NCBI GenBank assembly: GCA_964436275.1 | Contig: CAYTBZ010000005.1 | Location: 1-52,071, forward strand | Direction of reading: 5' to 3' | DNA: 52,071 nucleotides | Source: an uncultured Gammaproteobacteria bacterium | Lineage (GTDB): Bacteria > Patescibacteriota > Patescibacteriia > UBA2591 > CAYTBZ01 | Shown: positions 27,343 to 35,655 of the stretch, in pieces | Numbering within the stretch: position 1 is the stretch's first letter | Layout of the letters: each line of letters starts with the position of its first letter | Position numbers and translations under genes: made by a program | Notes under the pieces: model-generated | What the model saw: the letters and a program-made list of their open reading frames with translations, nothing else | What the model was told of the DNA's origin: nothing | Databases searched by the model: none

Positions 27343-28404
27343 ATGAAAAAAGTATATTTACCTTTAGATAAAATAAGCCATCTTCAAAAATTTGACCAAG
27401 AAAAAATGGCTTTTTTTATTTCTCGTTTTCCCCAAGAACTATCTCACGCTCACCAATTAGCCCAAAAATTAATCTTACCTCTATCTTATAAAAAAACTAA
27501 AAAAATAATTGTCTCAGGAATGGGAGGATCAGCAATAGCCGCTGATTTAATTAAAAATCTTTTTAAGGAGAAGATTAAAATACCATTTTTTATCAACAGA
27601 GATTATCAGTTGCCTCCTTTTGTTGATAAAGATACTTTTTTAATAATGATAAGTTATTCGGGTGAGACAAAAGAAGTGTTAAATTGTTTTAATCAAGGTT
27701 TAAGAAAAAAAGCAAAGATATTCGTTATTAGTTCTAATGGCAAATTACTTAAAAAAGCAAAAGAAAAAAAATTACCTTACTATACAATCAATTTTTCTGC
27801 CCCTCCACGAGTTGCTTTTCCTTATCTTTTCTCGTCTCTTTTAGTTGTTTTAGAAAAATTGAATTTCCTTAAAAAAGATATTTTCAAAAAAGCAATTATT
27901 AAAGAACTTACTGGTTTTAATAAAAACCTACAACCAAAAATAAGACAAAAAGAAAATTTAGCTAAAAAAATTGCTTGGCAAAGTTTTGAGTATGTGCCTC
28001 TTATCATCGGGGCTGAACATTTAATCGGAGTTGCTCAACGATGGAAAACCCAATTCAATGAAAACGCCAAAAACTTAGCCTTTTTTGAAATACTTCCTGA
28101 AGCAAACCATAATTTTATTGAGGGTCTAAAATACCCTCTGGTTAATGAATCTCTTTTTAATTTCATTATTTTAGACAGCCCTTTTTATTCTTCAAAAATT
28201 AAAAAAGCAATTAGTTTTTATAAAGAGGTCTTCAAAAAAAATAATTTAATATACCAAGTAGTAAAAGGAATTAAAAAAGACAAGATTAGTCAAACCCTTT
28301 CTTTAATTATTCTGGGAGATTGGGCAAGTTATTATCTGGCTATTCTTAATGAAATTAATCCGACTCCAGTAAAAATGATTAAACTATTAAAAAGCAGATT
28401 ATAA
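27343..28404 (+). CDS. Bifunctional phosphoglucose/phosphomannose isomerase (archaeal-type SIS)
   Basis: VSGMGGSAI, ISYSGETKE, RWKTQFNENAK, PEANHN and GDWASYYLA motifs. Confidence 0.92.
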   Translation: MKKVYLPLDKISHLQKFDQEKMAFFISRFPQELSHAHQLAQKLILPLSYKKTKKIIVSGMGGSAIAADLIKNLFKEKIKIPFFINRDYQLPPFVDKDTFLIMISYSGETKEVLNCFNQGLRKKAKIFVISSNGKLLKKAKEKKLPYYTINFSAPPRVAFPYLFSSLLVVLEKLNFLKKDIFKKAIIKELTGFNKNLQPKIRQKENLAKKIAWQSFEYVPLIIGAEHLIGVAQRWKTQFNENAKNLAFFEILPEANHNFIEGLKYPLVNESLFNFIILDSPFYSSKIKKAISFYKEVFKKNNLIYQVVKGIKKDKISQTLSLIILGDWASYYLAILNEINPTPVKMIKLLKSRL

Positions 28405-28413
28405 AAATTAAAT

Positions 28414-28448
28414 ATAAATTCTCGCGGCCATGCTTGGCGAGAATTTAT
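28414..28448. repeat. Intergenic palindrome sharing AAATTCTCGC/GCGAGAATTT arms with the tRNA-Ser repeats
   Basis: ATAAATTCTCGC (28414-28425)/GCGAGAATTTAT (28437-28448), a perfect 12-bp inverted repeat. Confidence 0.65.
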
Positions 28449-28455
28449 TAAGAAT

Positions 28456-30159
28456 ATGAAAATTTTTTCTCTACAATTTAAATCAAAAAAAAGAGAAAAT
28501 TTTTCCCTTTATCTTTTAGTTTTTCTTCTATCTCTTCTCTTTTTTGGCTACTTCCAACTAACTCCAACTTTAGCCGACCCTGATTCTTTCTATCACGCTA
28601 AAACAGCACTTCTAATAAAAAATCAGGGGATAATCAAAGAATTTCCTTGGCTTCAATATACAATTTTAAAAGACAATTATATTGACCACCATCTACTTTA
28701 CCATATACTTCTTGTTCCTTTTCTTATCTTTTTTTCTCCCTTAATAGGAATTAAAATCGCTGTCGTAATTTTTAGTAGTTTAAGCGTTCTTTTCTTTTAT
28801 TGGCTATTGAAAAAATTTAAAATCAGCTATCCTTTCCTTTATATCTTTCTCTTACTCACTTCTGCTCCTTGGCTTTTTCGTCTAAATTTAGCCAAAGCCC
28901 AACCCTTGTCTTTAATTATCCTTTTTTTAAGTGTTTATTTTCTTTTTCAAAAAAAATATCTTTACCTATTCCTAATTTCTTTTATTTATGTTTGGACCTA
29001 TAATGGCTGGCCTTTAATAATCATCTGGCTATTTTCTTATCTTTTGGCTTATTTTATCCACCAAATTTATTTCAGCGAAGAAAACTATCTTAAGAAAATT
29101 ACTCATCTTCTTCCTTTTAAGAAAAAAACTAATGGATTGAAAAAAATTGCTTATTATTTTTATAAAACAATCAAAGAGAACAAATATTCTCTTTTGTCTG
29201 TTTTTGGAGGAATTATTGCTGGAATTATTATTAATCCTTATTTCCCTAAAAATTTATTTTTCTATTGGGTCCACATTTTTAAAATTGGCGTAATCAACCA
29301 AGCAGAGAAACTTCATGCTGGAGTAGAGTGGTATCCTTATCCCGGCCGGGAATTTATCTATGGAACCATAACAATTCTTGTCATCTGGATTTTTTCTTTT
29401 ATTTGGTATAGTGAACGTTTTAAAAAGAAATCAGTAAAAACATTATCTCTTGGAATTTTTTCTCTATTTTTCTTCTTATACACTTTAAAATCAAGGAGAA
29501 ATATTGAATATTTTATACCCTTTGCTTTATTATTCACTGCTTTTTCTCTTAAAGATTTTTGGCTATCAGTCAATTGGCTTGAGTTTGGAGAAAAAATAAA
29601 AGAAACTTTCTTTCAAGGTAAAAAACGTTTTCTTTCTTCTTTGCTCGCCACTTATCTTATTCTTTTTTCTCTTTTCTTTGTTGCCAATTATTTTGTTAAG
29701 GGAATTAAAGAAGTAAGAAACGAACTGGCTAATGGATTTCCTCTCACCAAATTTCAAAAATCAGCAGAGTGGCTCGAAAAAAATACTCCCAAACATTCTC
29801 TAATTTTCCACAGTTGTTGGACTGATACTCCTTTTCTTTTCTATTATAATACTCATAATTATTATCTGGTTGGCTTAGACCCTACTTTTATGTATCAATA
29901 CAATAAAGAACTCTTTTGGCAATGGCTAAACATCACCCAGGGAAACCCGCCCTTAACTTACCCCTATTCAGAAAAAATAAAGGAAAATAAAGAAAAATTT
30001 AATTATGATTTAGCAAAAATTATTAAAAAGAACTTCCGTTCTTCATATGTTTTCATCAACAAAGACCACCCAGCAATGAAAGAAAACATAGAAAAAAATA
30101 AAAAATTCAAACTTATTTATCAAGATAAAGAAGCAACCATCTATCAAATAGAAGAATAA
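28456..30159 (+). CDS. Polytopic membrane protein, GT-C-like glycosyltransferase
   Basis: Multiple hydrophobic segments, first-loop DPDSFYH acidic motif, EWYP, RNIEYF and a soluble C-terminal domain. Confidence 0.6.
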   Translation: MKIFSLQFKSKKRENFSLYLLVFLLSLLFFGYFQLTPTLADPDSFYHAKTALLIKNQGIIKEFPWLQYTILKDNYIDHHLLYHILLVPFLIFFSPLIGIKIAVVIFSSLSVLFFYWLLKKFKISYPFLYIFLLLTSAPWLFRLNLAKAQPLSLIILFLSVYFLFQKKYLYLFLISFIYVWTYNGWPLIIIWLFSYLLAYFIHQIYFSEENYLKKITHLLPFKKKTNGLKKIAYYFYKTIKENKYSLLSVFGGIIAGIIINPYFPKNLFFYWVHIFKIGVINQAEKLHAGVEWYPYPGREFIYGTITILVIWIFSFIWYSERFKKKSVKTLSLGIFSLFFFLYTLKSRRNIEYFIPFALLFTAFSLKDFWLSVNWLEFGEKIKETFFQGKKRFLSSLLATYLILFSLFFVANYFVKGIKEVRNELANGFPLTKFQKSAEWLEKNTPKHSLIFHSCWTDTPFLFYYNTHNYYLVGLDPTFMYQYNKELFWQWLNITQGNPPLTYPYSEKIKENKEKFNYDLAKIIKKNFRSSYVFINKDHPAMKENIEKNKKFKLIYQDKEATIYQIEE

Positions 30160-30944
30160 TGGTATTAGATAATCTTAAAAAGAAAAGAAAATTTTTTATT
30201 AATAATTCAATAATTATCATCCTCTTTTGGCTACTTTTTTTATTTGTCAGAATATTTCTTTTTAAAATAGTCAATTTTACCAACTCATCTAAAATTGACC
30301 TTTTTTATGACGAAGGAACTTATCTTTATACATCTAAACTTATCAGTGAAGGATTAGTTCCTTTTAGAGATTTTTTTATCGGTCATATGCCTTTTTATCA
30401 ATACCTCCTTTCATTTTTTTGGAAAATTGGATTTGATTTTGTCACTATTCATTATCTTCATATTTTTCTTTCTTCCTTAGTTATTTTTCCTCTTTTTCTT
30501 TTCAGTAAAAAAATCATTAAAAACAAAATAATTCTTTATTTACCCGTTTTGTTAATAACTTTCAGTCCTCTTTATTTTCTTTTCTCTCTTTTAGTCATTC
30601 TTGATCCAATAATGACATCTTTTCTCGTTTGGGGACTATATTTTTATTTTTTCCCTGAAAATAAACCAAAAAAATTTTTAGCCGGTCTATTTTTTGCTCT
30701 GGCTACTTTAATTAAAATATCGGCTCTCGTTTCCATTTTCTCTCTCCTTCTTGCTGATTTTATTTTTGATAAAAACAAAAAGAAATTTTTTAGCCAAACT
30801 TTTAAAAAGTTTCTTCTTGGATACCTCCTTATAATTATTCCTGTTTTTATTTGGCTTTTTTCTTTTCCTCAGTTTTTCAATAATTTATTCCTTTTCCACC
30901 TTGTTTACCATTATCCCGTAAGTATTTACAAAAAAATTAAATGA
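30159..30944 (+). CDS. ArnT/PMT-like (GT-C) membrane protein, short or truncated
   Basis: YDEGTY first-loop motif, PFRDFF...HMP, LATLIK; only 261 aa. Confidence 0.6.
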   Translation: MVLDNLKKKRKFFINNSIIIILFWLLFLFVRIFLFKIVNFTNSSKIDLFYDEGTYLYTSKLISEGLVPFRDFFIGHMPFYQYLLSFFWKIGFDFVTIHYLHIFLSSLVIFPLFLFSKKIIKNKIILYLPVLLITFSPLYFLFSLLVILDPIMTSFLVWGLYFYFFPENKPKKFLAGLFFALATLIKISALVSIFSLLLADFIFDKNKKKFFSQTFKKFLLGYLLIIIPVFIWLFSFPQFFNNLFLFHLVYHYPVSIYKKIK

Positions 30945-31906
30945 CAAAGAAAAGAAAATACCATTTTTTCTTTTACTTGAGACCTGAAGAAATAATTTCT
31001 TTGTTCTTTTTACTTCTTTTAATTACTATTTTCTTCTATTATCGAGTAAATATCTTTCACTATCACCATCTTCCTATCTATCTCCTTCTTTACGCTGGAC
31101 CAATTATTGCCTTTTACTATCTTTTAAAATATGTCTTTTGTTCCGCTGATAAGAAACTCCATTTTAAATTAGTTGTCAAAAAAATAATAATTTTCTTTCG
31201 CGATTGGATTCCTATAATCTTAGTTATCTTTATTTATAATGCCATTCATGATACTACTCATTTAATCAATTCTAAAGAAATGGATAGTTTATTAATTAAA
31301 ATAGACAAATTTTTATTTTTTGGGCATCACCCTACACTTTTTTTTGAAAAATTAATCAACCCTTATCTTAGTTATTACACCTTCTTTATCTATGATTTTT
31401 ATCTTTGGCTCTATCCTTTGACTTTAACTATCTTTTATCTTAGAAAAAATAAAAAAATATTCCATCAATTAGTTTTAACAATGACCATTGCTCTTTACTT
31501 AGGACTAATTGGTTATTTAATTGTTCCTTGCAAAGGACCAGTATTAGCCCAAAGAAATTTATATTCTTGTGATTTATTCGGCAGACAAGATTTTACTTAT
31601 ACTCATTCTTTAGCCCAATTATATATTTACCAAAGATATGCTTTTCACTGCTTTCCCAGTTTACATACTACTCTATCAACCATCTTTCTTTTCTTTATTT
31701 TACGCTTTTCTTCCTCTAAAATACTCCGCTTACTTTATCTTATTATTGTCCCAAGTATTTGGTTTGCTACTCTTTATCTCCGTTGGCACTATCTTATTGA
31801 TATCATTGCTGGCTTTCTCTTGGCTTACCTCTCTATTTACCTTGGTTTTAAAATTGGCCAATTTTGGCAAAGAAAATCCTTAATAAAAGCCAATGAAAAA
31901 ACTTAG
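30941..31906 (+). CDS. PAP2-superfamily membrane phosphotransferase (AUR1/IPC-synthase-like)
   Basis: LIVPCKGP, HCFPSLHT and LYLRWHYLIDIIAG catalytic motifs on a multi-TM scaffold. Confidence 0.8.
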   Translation: MTKKRKYHFFFYLRPEEIISLFFLLLLITIFFYYRVNIFHYHHLPIYLLLYAGPIIAFYYLLKYVFCSADKKLHFKLVVKKIIIFFRDWIPIILVIFIYNAIHDTTHLINSKEMDSLLIKIDKFLFFGHHPTLFFEKLINPYLSYYTFFIYDFYLWLYPLTLTIFYLRKNKKIFHQLVLTMTIALYLGLIGYLIVPCKGPVLAQRNLYSCDLFGRQDFTYTHSLAQLYIYQRYAFHCFPSLHTTLSTIFLFFILRFSSSKILRLLYLIIVPSIWFATLYLRWHYLIDIIAGFLLAYLSIYLGFKIGQFWQRKSLIKANEKT

Positions 31907-33182
31907 TAAAAAACAAATTATTCTTCTTATCATTCTAATTATTCTTGCTCTAATCCCTCGATTGATCTTAGCCCCCCAACCGGGCCATAAAGGCGATACT
32001 GGCTGTTGGCAAAGGTGGTCATATCTAATTCAAAAAAGGGGACTAACTAATGTTTATGAAGAACATAAAACGCCTGCTATTTTTATTGACCCAAACTATC
32101 TTCCTCCTTATCTCTACATATTGGGTCTGCTCGGTAAAATTTATCAAAAATTCTTCTCTTCTCAATTTCTCTTTGATACTAAAATTCTTTATCTTTTACT
32201 TAAACTACCAGCAATTATTTTTGATCTATTTTTAGGTTTATTAATTTTCTTTTTTCTTTTACCTAGAAAAAAATTTAAAACAGCCTATCTTATATCAGCC
32301 CTTTTTCTTTTAAACCCAGCGATTATCTACGATTCATCCTACTGGGGACAAATAGATTCAATTCATACTTTCTTCATCCTGCTTGCTCTTATTCTCCTTT
32401 ATAAAAACAAATTTTCTTTTTCTTGGATTTTCATTACTTTAGCTTCCTTTTTCAAACTTCAAAGCACTATTCTCATACCTTTCTTCTTAATAATAAATTA
32501 TAAAAAACAAGGAGCAAAAAGAACCATTATTAACCTCTTCATTGCCCTTCTTACTGCTGGCCTTATTTGCTTGCCTTTTCTTGTAAAAGGTAAAATATCT
32601 TATCTCTTAAAAATTATCATTACTGCTCCGGGTAGTTTCCCTGTACTTTCAGCCAATGCCTTTAATTTTTGGTGGCTTTTCCATGGAATCCATCTTTCTT
32701 CTTATTCCTTTTCTCCAATAAGAGATTTTTCCTCTTCTTCTCCTGACCTATTTTCACCTTTCTTTATTGGTTTAATCATTTTTTTGGCAGTTTATTTACT
32801 CATTCTTTTAAACTATCATCTTAAAAAATATCCTCCTGCAATATTTTTTTCTACTGCTGCTTTTCTTATTTTTTCTTTTTTTATGATTCCTACAGAAATG
32901 CACGAACGTTATCTATATCCAGTTCTTCCTATAATTTGCTTAACTCTTTTCCAAAATAAAAAAATGTGGTTAATTTATATTGGTCTTTCTTTCACTCTTT
33001 TGGCTAATCTTTTGGCTGTTTTACCTTTTCTTGATTTGACTAAAAAGATATTTAATTGTTCTTCACTTTCCTCTTGGCCAATTGTTTTCCTTAATATATT
33101 TTTATATTTTTATTTCTTTATTTATTTAATTAAATACAACAAAAATGATGGAAAAAATTCTTATCGTTCTTCCAACTTATAA
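31893..33182 (+). CDS. GT-C membrane glycosyltransferase (mannosyltransferase-like)
   Basis: GDTGCW first loop, NYLPPY, LKLPAI, YWGQIDS, SANAFNFW and MHERYLYP motifs. Confidence 0.72.
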   Translation: MKKLSKKQIILLIILIILALIPRLILAPQPGHKGDTGCWQRWSYLIQKRGLTNVYEEHKTPAIFIDPNYLPPYLYILGLLGKIYQKFFSSQFLFDTKILYLLLKLPAIIFDLFLGLLIFFFLLPRKKFKTAYLISALFLLNPAIIYDSSYWGQIDSIHTFFILLALILLYKNKFSFSWIFITLASFFKLQSTILIPFFLIINYKKQGAKRTIINLFIALLTAGLICLPFLVKGKISYLLKIIITAPGSFPVLSANAFNFWWLFHGIHLSSYSFSPIRDFSSSSPDLFSPFFIGLIIFLAVYLLILLNYHLKKYPPAIFFSTAAFLIFSFFMIPTEMHERYLYPVLPIICLTLFQNKKMWLIYIGLSFTLLANLLAVLPFLDLTKKIFNCSSLSSWPIVFLNIFLYFYFFIYLIKYNKNDGKNSYRSSNL

Positions 33183-33867
33183 TGAAGAGAATATCCTTCA
33201 AAAGAATGTTCTTAAAGTAAGGAAATTCTGCCAAGATAATTTAAGAAACTTTGATTGGCAAATTCTGATTGCTGATAACGGTTCAACAGATAAAACACCT
33301 AAACTTGCTCAAGAACTTAGTCAGGAATATTCAAGAATTGATTATTTTCATACTTCACAAAAAGGACGAGGAGCCGCTTTAAAAATTGCTTGGAATAAAA
33401 ACAATTATTTGGCTGATATTTATCTCTATATGGATATTGATTTAGCCACAGATTTAAATCATCTTCCTCAACTGATTAGATCAATTATTCAAGAAGGATA
33501 TGATTTAACTATTGGTTCACGTCTTCAAAAAGAATCAAAGACAGAAAGATCTTTTTTACGAGAATTTATCTCTCGTTTTTATAATCTACTTCTGAAAATT
33601 TTCTTTGGTCTTAAAATTAAAGATTATCAATGTGGTTTTAAAGCAGTTAATCAAAAAATAGTTGAAAAAATTGTTCCTCTTATTAAAAATAATAACTGGT
33701 TCTTTGATACAGAATTAATTATTCTTAGCCATAAGAATAATTATAAAATTAAAGAAATACCTGTTAAATGGGTAGAGAAAAGGGATAAAAAAAGAAAAAG
33801 CAAGGTCAAAATTATTAAAACTGCTTGGGAAGATATTAAAGGAATTATTAGGTTAAAATTATCTTAA
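33145..33867 (+). CDS. GT2 glycosyltransferase, polyprenyl-phosphate hexose synthase (DPM/DPG synthase)-like
   Basis: VLPTYNEE, ADNGSTD, GRGAA, YMDIDLA (DxD), GSRL, DYQCGFKA and WFFDTEL motifs. Confidence 0.88.
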   Translation: MMEKILIVLPTYNEENILQKNVLKVRKFCQDNLRNFDWQILIADNGSTDKTPKLAQELSQEYSRIDYFHTSQKGRGAALKIAWNKNNYLADIYLYMDIDLATDLNHLPQLIRSIIQEGYDLTIGSRLQKESKTERSFLREFISRFYNLLLKIFFGLKIKDYQCGFKAVNQKIVEKIVPLIKNNNWFFDTELIILSHKNNYKIKEIPVKWVEKRDKKRKSKVKIIKTAWEDIKGIIRLKLS

Positions 33868-33876
33868 TTTTAAATA

Positions 33877-33929
33877 AATAAAATAAATAAAAAACGAGGT
33901 TAAAAACCTCGTTTTTTATTTATTTTATT
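33877..33929. terminator. Bidirectional terminator between GT2 and the pilin array
   Basis: Perfect 24-bp inverted repeat AATAAAATAAATAAAAAACGAGGT/ACCTCGTTTTTTATTTATTTTATT. Confidence 0.8.
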
Positions 33930-33940
33930 CTAATCTAAAT

Positions 33941-34327
33941 TCATTTAGAAACCACTTGAACGCCAACCAAACTAAAAACTAAATGGGCAATTCCATAAGA
34001 AGCAAAAATTATGAACAGACCAATAACTGCATTAGTGATTAAACTTTTTGCTTTTTTAACATTTTCTGGATTTCCACCAGCAGTCATCCAAATTAAACCG
34101 CCATAAATAGTCAAAACTAAAAAAACTAATCCCAAATAACCTAAAACTAAATCAATAATTGTTCCAACAACTCCTATTATATCCCCTTTACCTGTACTAG
34201 CCAGTCCGGCTTTTTTAGCCGCTTTATCTAATCCATAATCTCCAGCCAAAACAAAATTAATCTTTGCTTGGAGAAAAGCAAAAAGTCCAATTACTATAGC
34301 CATAAAAATATCTTTGTTCCTTTTCAT
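33941..34327 (-). CDS. TrbC/VirB2-like pilin
   Basis: GGLIWMTAGGNPENVKKAKSLITNAVIGL two-helix hairpin motif; N-terminal signal-like segment. Confidence 0.85.
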   Translation of the reverse strand: MKRNKDIFMAIVIGLFAFLQAKINFVLAGDYGLDKAAKKAGLASTGKGDIIGVVGTIIDLVLGYLGLVFLVLTIYGGLIWMTAGGNPENVKKAKSLITNAVIGLFIIFASYGIAHLVFSLVGVQVVSK

Positions 34328-34331
34328 TAAC

Positions 34332-34697
34332 TTAACCCTCCCTAGTAGGCATTAGACTAATGACAAAGCGGGCGATTCCCCAAGCAGCCAAAACAATAAT
34401 TAAACCAATTATTCCAGCCGTTAGAGTATGCTTGGCTTTTTTTACTGCATCTTCATTACCACCAGCAGTCATCCAACGAAAACCTCCATAAAGAATAACA
34501 GCTACAGCAATCAACCCTAAAAAGCCCAAAAGCTTATCAATAATTTCTTCTGCTGTGTCCCAGGCATTGATATTACTAGCAACAATATTAGATTCAGGTA
34601 AACGGATATCACCAGCAAAAACAACTGAATTCGTAGTTAAAAAGGGGATGCTTAAAATCAACATCATCAAGAAAAGATAAATTCTCTTCTTCAACAT
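34332..34697 (-). CDS. TrbC/VirB2-like pilin (duplicate A)
   Basis: GGFRWMTAGGNEDAVKKAKHTLTAGIIGL motif; AAGGAGGTG Shine-Dalgarno. Confidence 0.88.
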   Translation of the reverse strand: MLKKRIYLFLMMLILSIPFLTTNSVVFAGDIRLPESNIVASNINAWDTAEEIIDKLLGFLGLIAVAVILYGGFRWMTAGGNEDAVKKAKHTLTAGIIGLIIVLAAWGIARFVISLMPTREG

Positions 34698-35063
34698 AAT
34701 TTCACCTCCTTTCTTTTAAATAAATTATTAGTTTTTACAATTATAACATTTATAAGAAACAAAAGTCAATAATTTACTTTTCCTAAACAACTATGTCGTC
34801 CTAGTAGGCATTAGACTAATGACAAAGCGGGCGATTCCCCAAGCAGCCAAAACAATAATTAAACCAATTATTCCAGCCGTTAGAGTATGCTTGGCTTTTT
34901 TTACTGCATCTTCATTACCACCAGCAGTCATCCAACGAAAACCTCCATAAAGAATAACAACTACAGCAATTAATCCTAAAAAGCCCAAAAGCTTATCAAT
35001 AATTGATTCTGCTGTTTCCCAAGCATTGATATTGCTAGCAACAATATTAGATCCAGGTAAACG
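34341..35063. repeat. 264-bp direct repeat (34341-34604 and 34800-35063) between two pilin genes
   Basis: Manual alignment at offset 459 gives 9 mismatches in 264 bp; the first ~160 bp are identical; the start-codon/SD regions (~34675-34730 and ~35209-35262) are also near-identical. Confidence 0.92.
34740..34769 (-). promoter_or_regulatory. Internal promoter for pilin duplicate A
   Basis: TTGACT (34769-34764)-N18-TATAAT (34745-34740) with extended -10 TG. Confidence 0.6.
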
Positions 35064-35231
35064 AACACTGCCAGCAGTTTCAGTGGTTTCAGGAGTTTCG
35101 GGGCTAGGTCCAGGACCAGGGCCAGGGCTAGGAGGAGGAGCTATCTGAGCAAAAGCGACTGGGGCAATAGTCAAAAGAAGAATGGTTAAGAGTAATAATC
35201 CGGAAAAAAGATAAATTCTCTTCTTCAGCAT
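34791..35231 (-). CDS. TrbC/VirB2-like pilin (duplicate B, Pro/Gly/Thr-rich insertion)
   Basis: Same core as 34332..34697 plus QIAPPPSPGPGPGPSPETPETTETAG; same Shine-Dalgarno. Confidence 0.88.
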   Translation of the reverse strand: MLKKRIYLFSGLLLLTILLLTIAPVAFAQIAPPPSPGPGPGPSPETPETTETAGSVRLPGSNIVASNINAWETAESIIDKLLGFLGLIAVVVILYGGFRWMTAGGNEDAVKKAKHTLTAGIIGLIIVLAAWGIARFVISLMPTRTT

Positions 35232-35258
35232 AATTTCACCTCCTTTCTTAAAAATAAA

Positions 35259-35645
35259 TTATTTTGCTCCAATAGCTTTAAAAATAAAACTTAAAATAGC
35301 ATAACTGCTGAAAATTACTAAAATACCAATACTTGCCCAGACCAAGGTGTCTCTTCCTTTTTTAATGGCTGTAGAACTTCCTCCAGAAGTCATCCAAACT
35401 AAACCACCATAAATAAACATTATTAAAGCAATTGCTCCAATAATCCCTAAAAAAATCTTAATACCCCTACCAATTAAACTAACTGGGTCAGTTTCACTAA
35501 TAGGACTTTCTAAAGTTACTGTGTAGTTGCTGTTCAAATCATCGCTAGCCATCCAAGCGCTGTTTCTTCCGCTAGTTAAAAAGATACTTGCCAGCAGTAA
35601 AAAAACAAAGAAAAATAGAATTATTTTAAATTTTTTTTCTCCCAT
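35259..35645 (-). CDS. TrbC/VirB2-like pilin
   Basis: GGLVWMTSGGSSTAIKKGRDTLVWASIGI motif. Confidence 0.85.
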   Translation of the reverse strand: MGEKKFKIILFFFVFLLLASIFLTSGRNSAWMASDDLNSNYTVTLESPISETDPVSLIGRGIKIFLGIIGAIALIMFIYGGLVWMTSGGSSTAIKKGRDTLVWASIGILVIFSSYAILSFIFKAIGAK

Positions 35646-35655
35646 TTTTTAAAAA

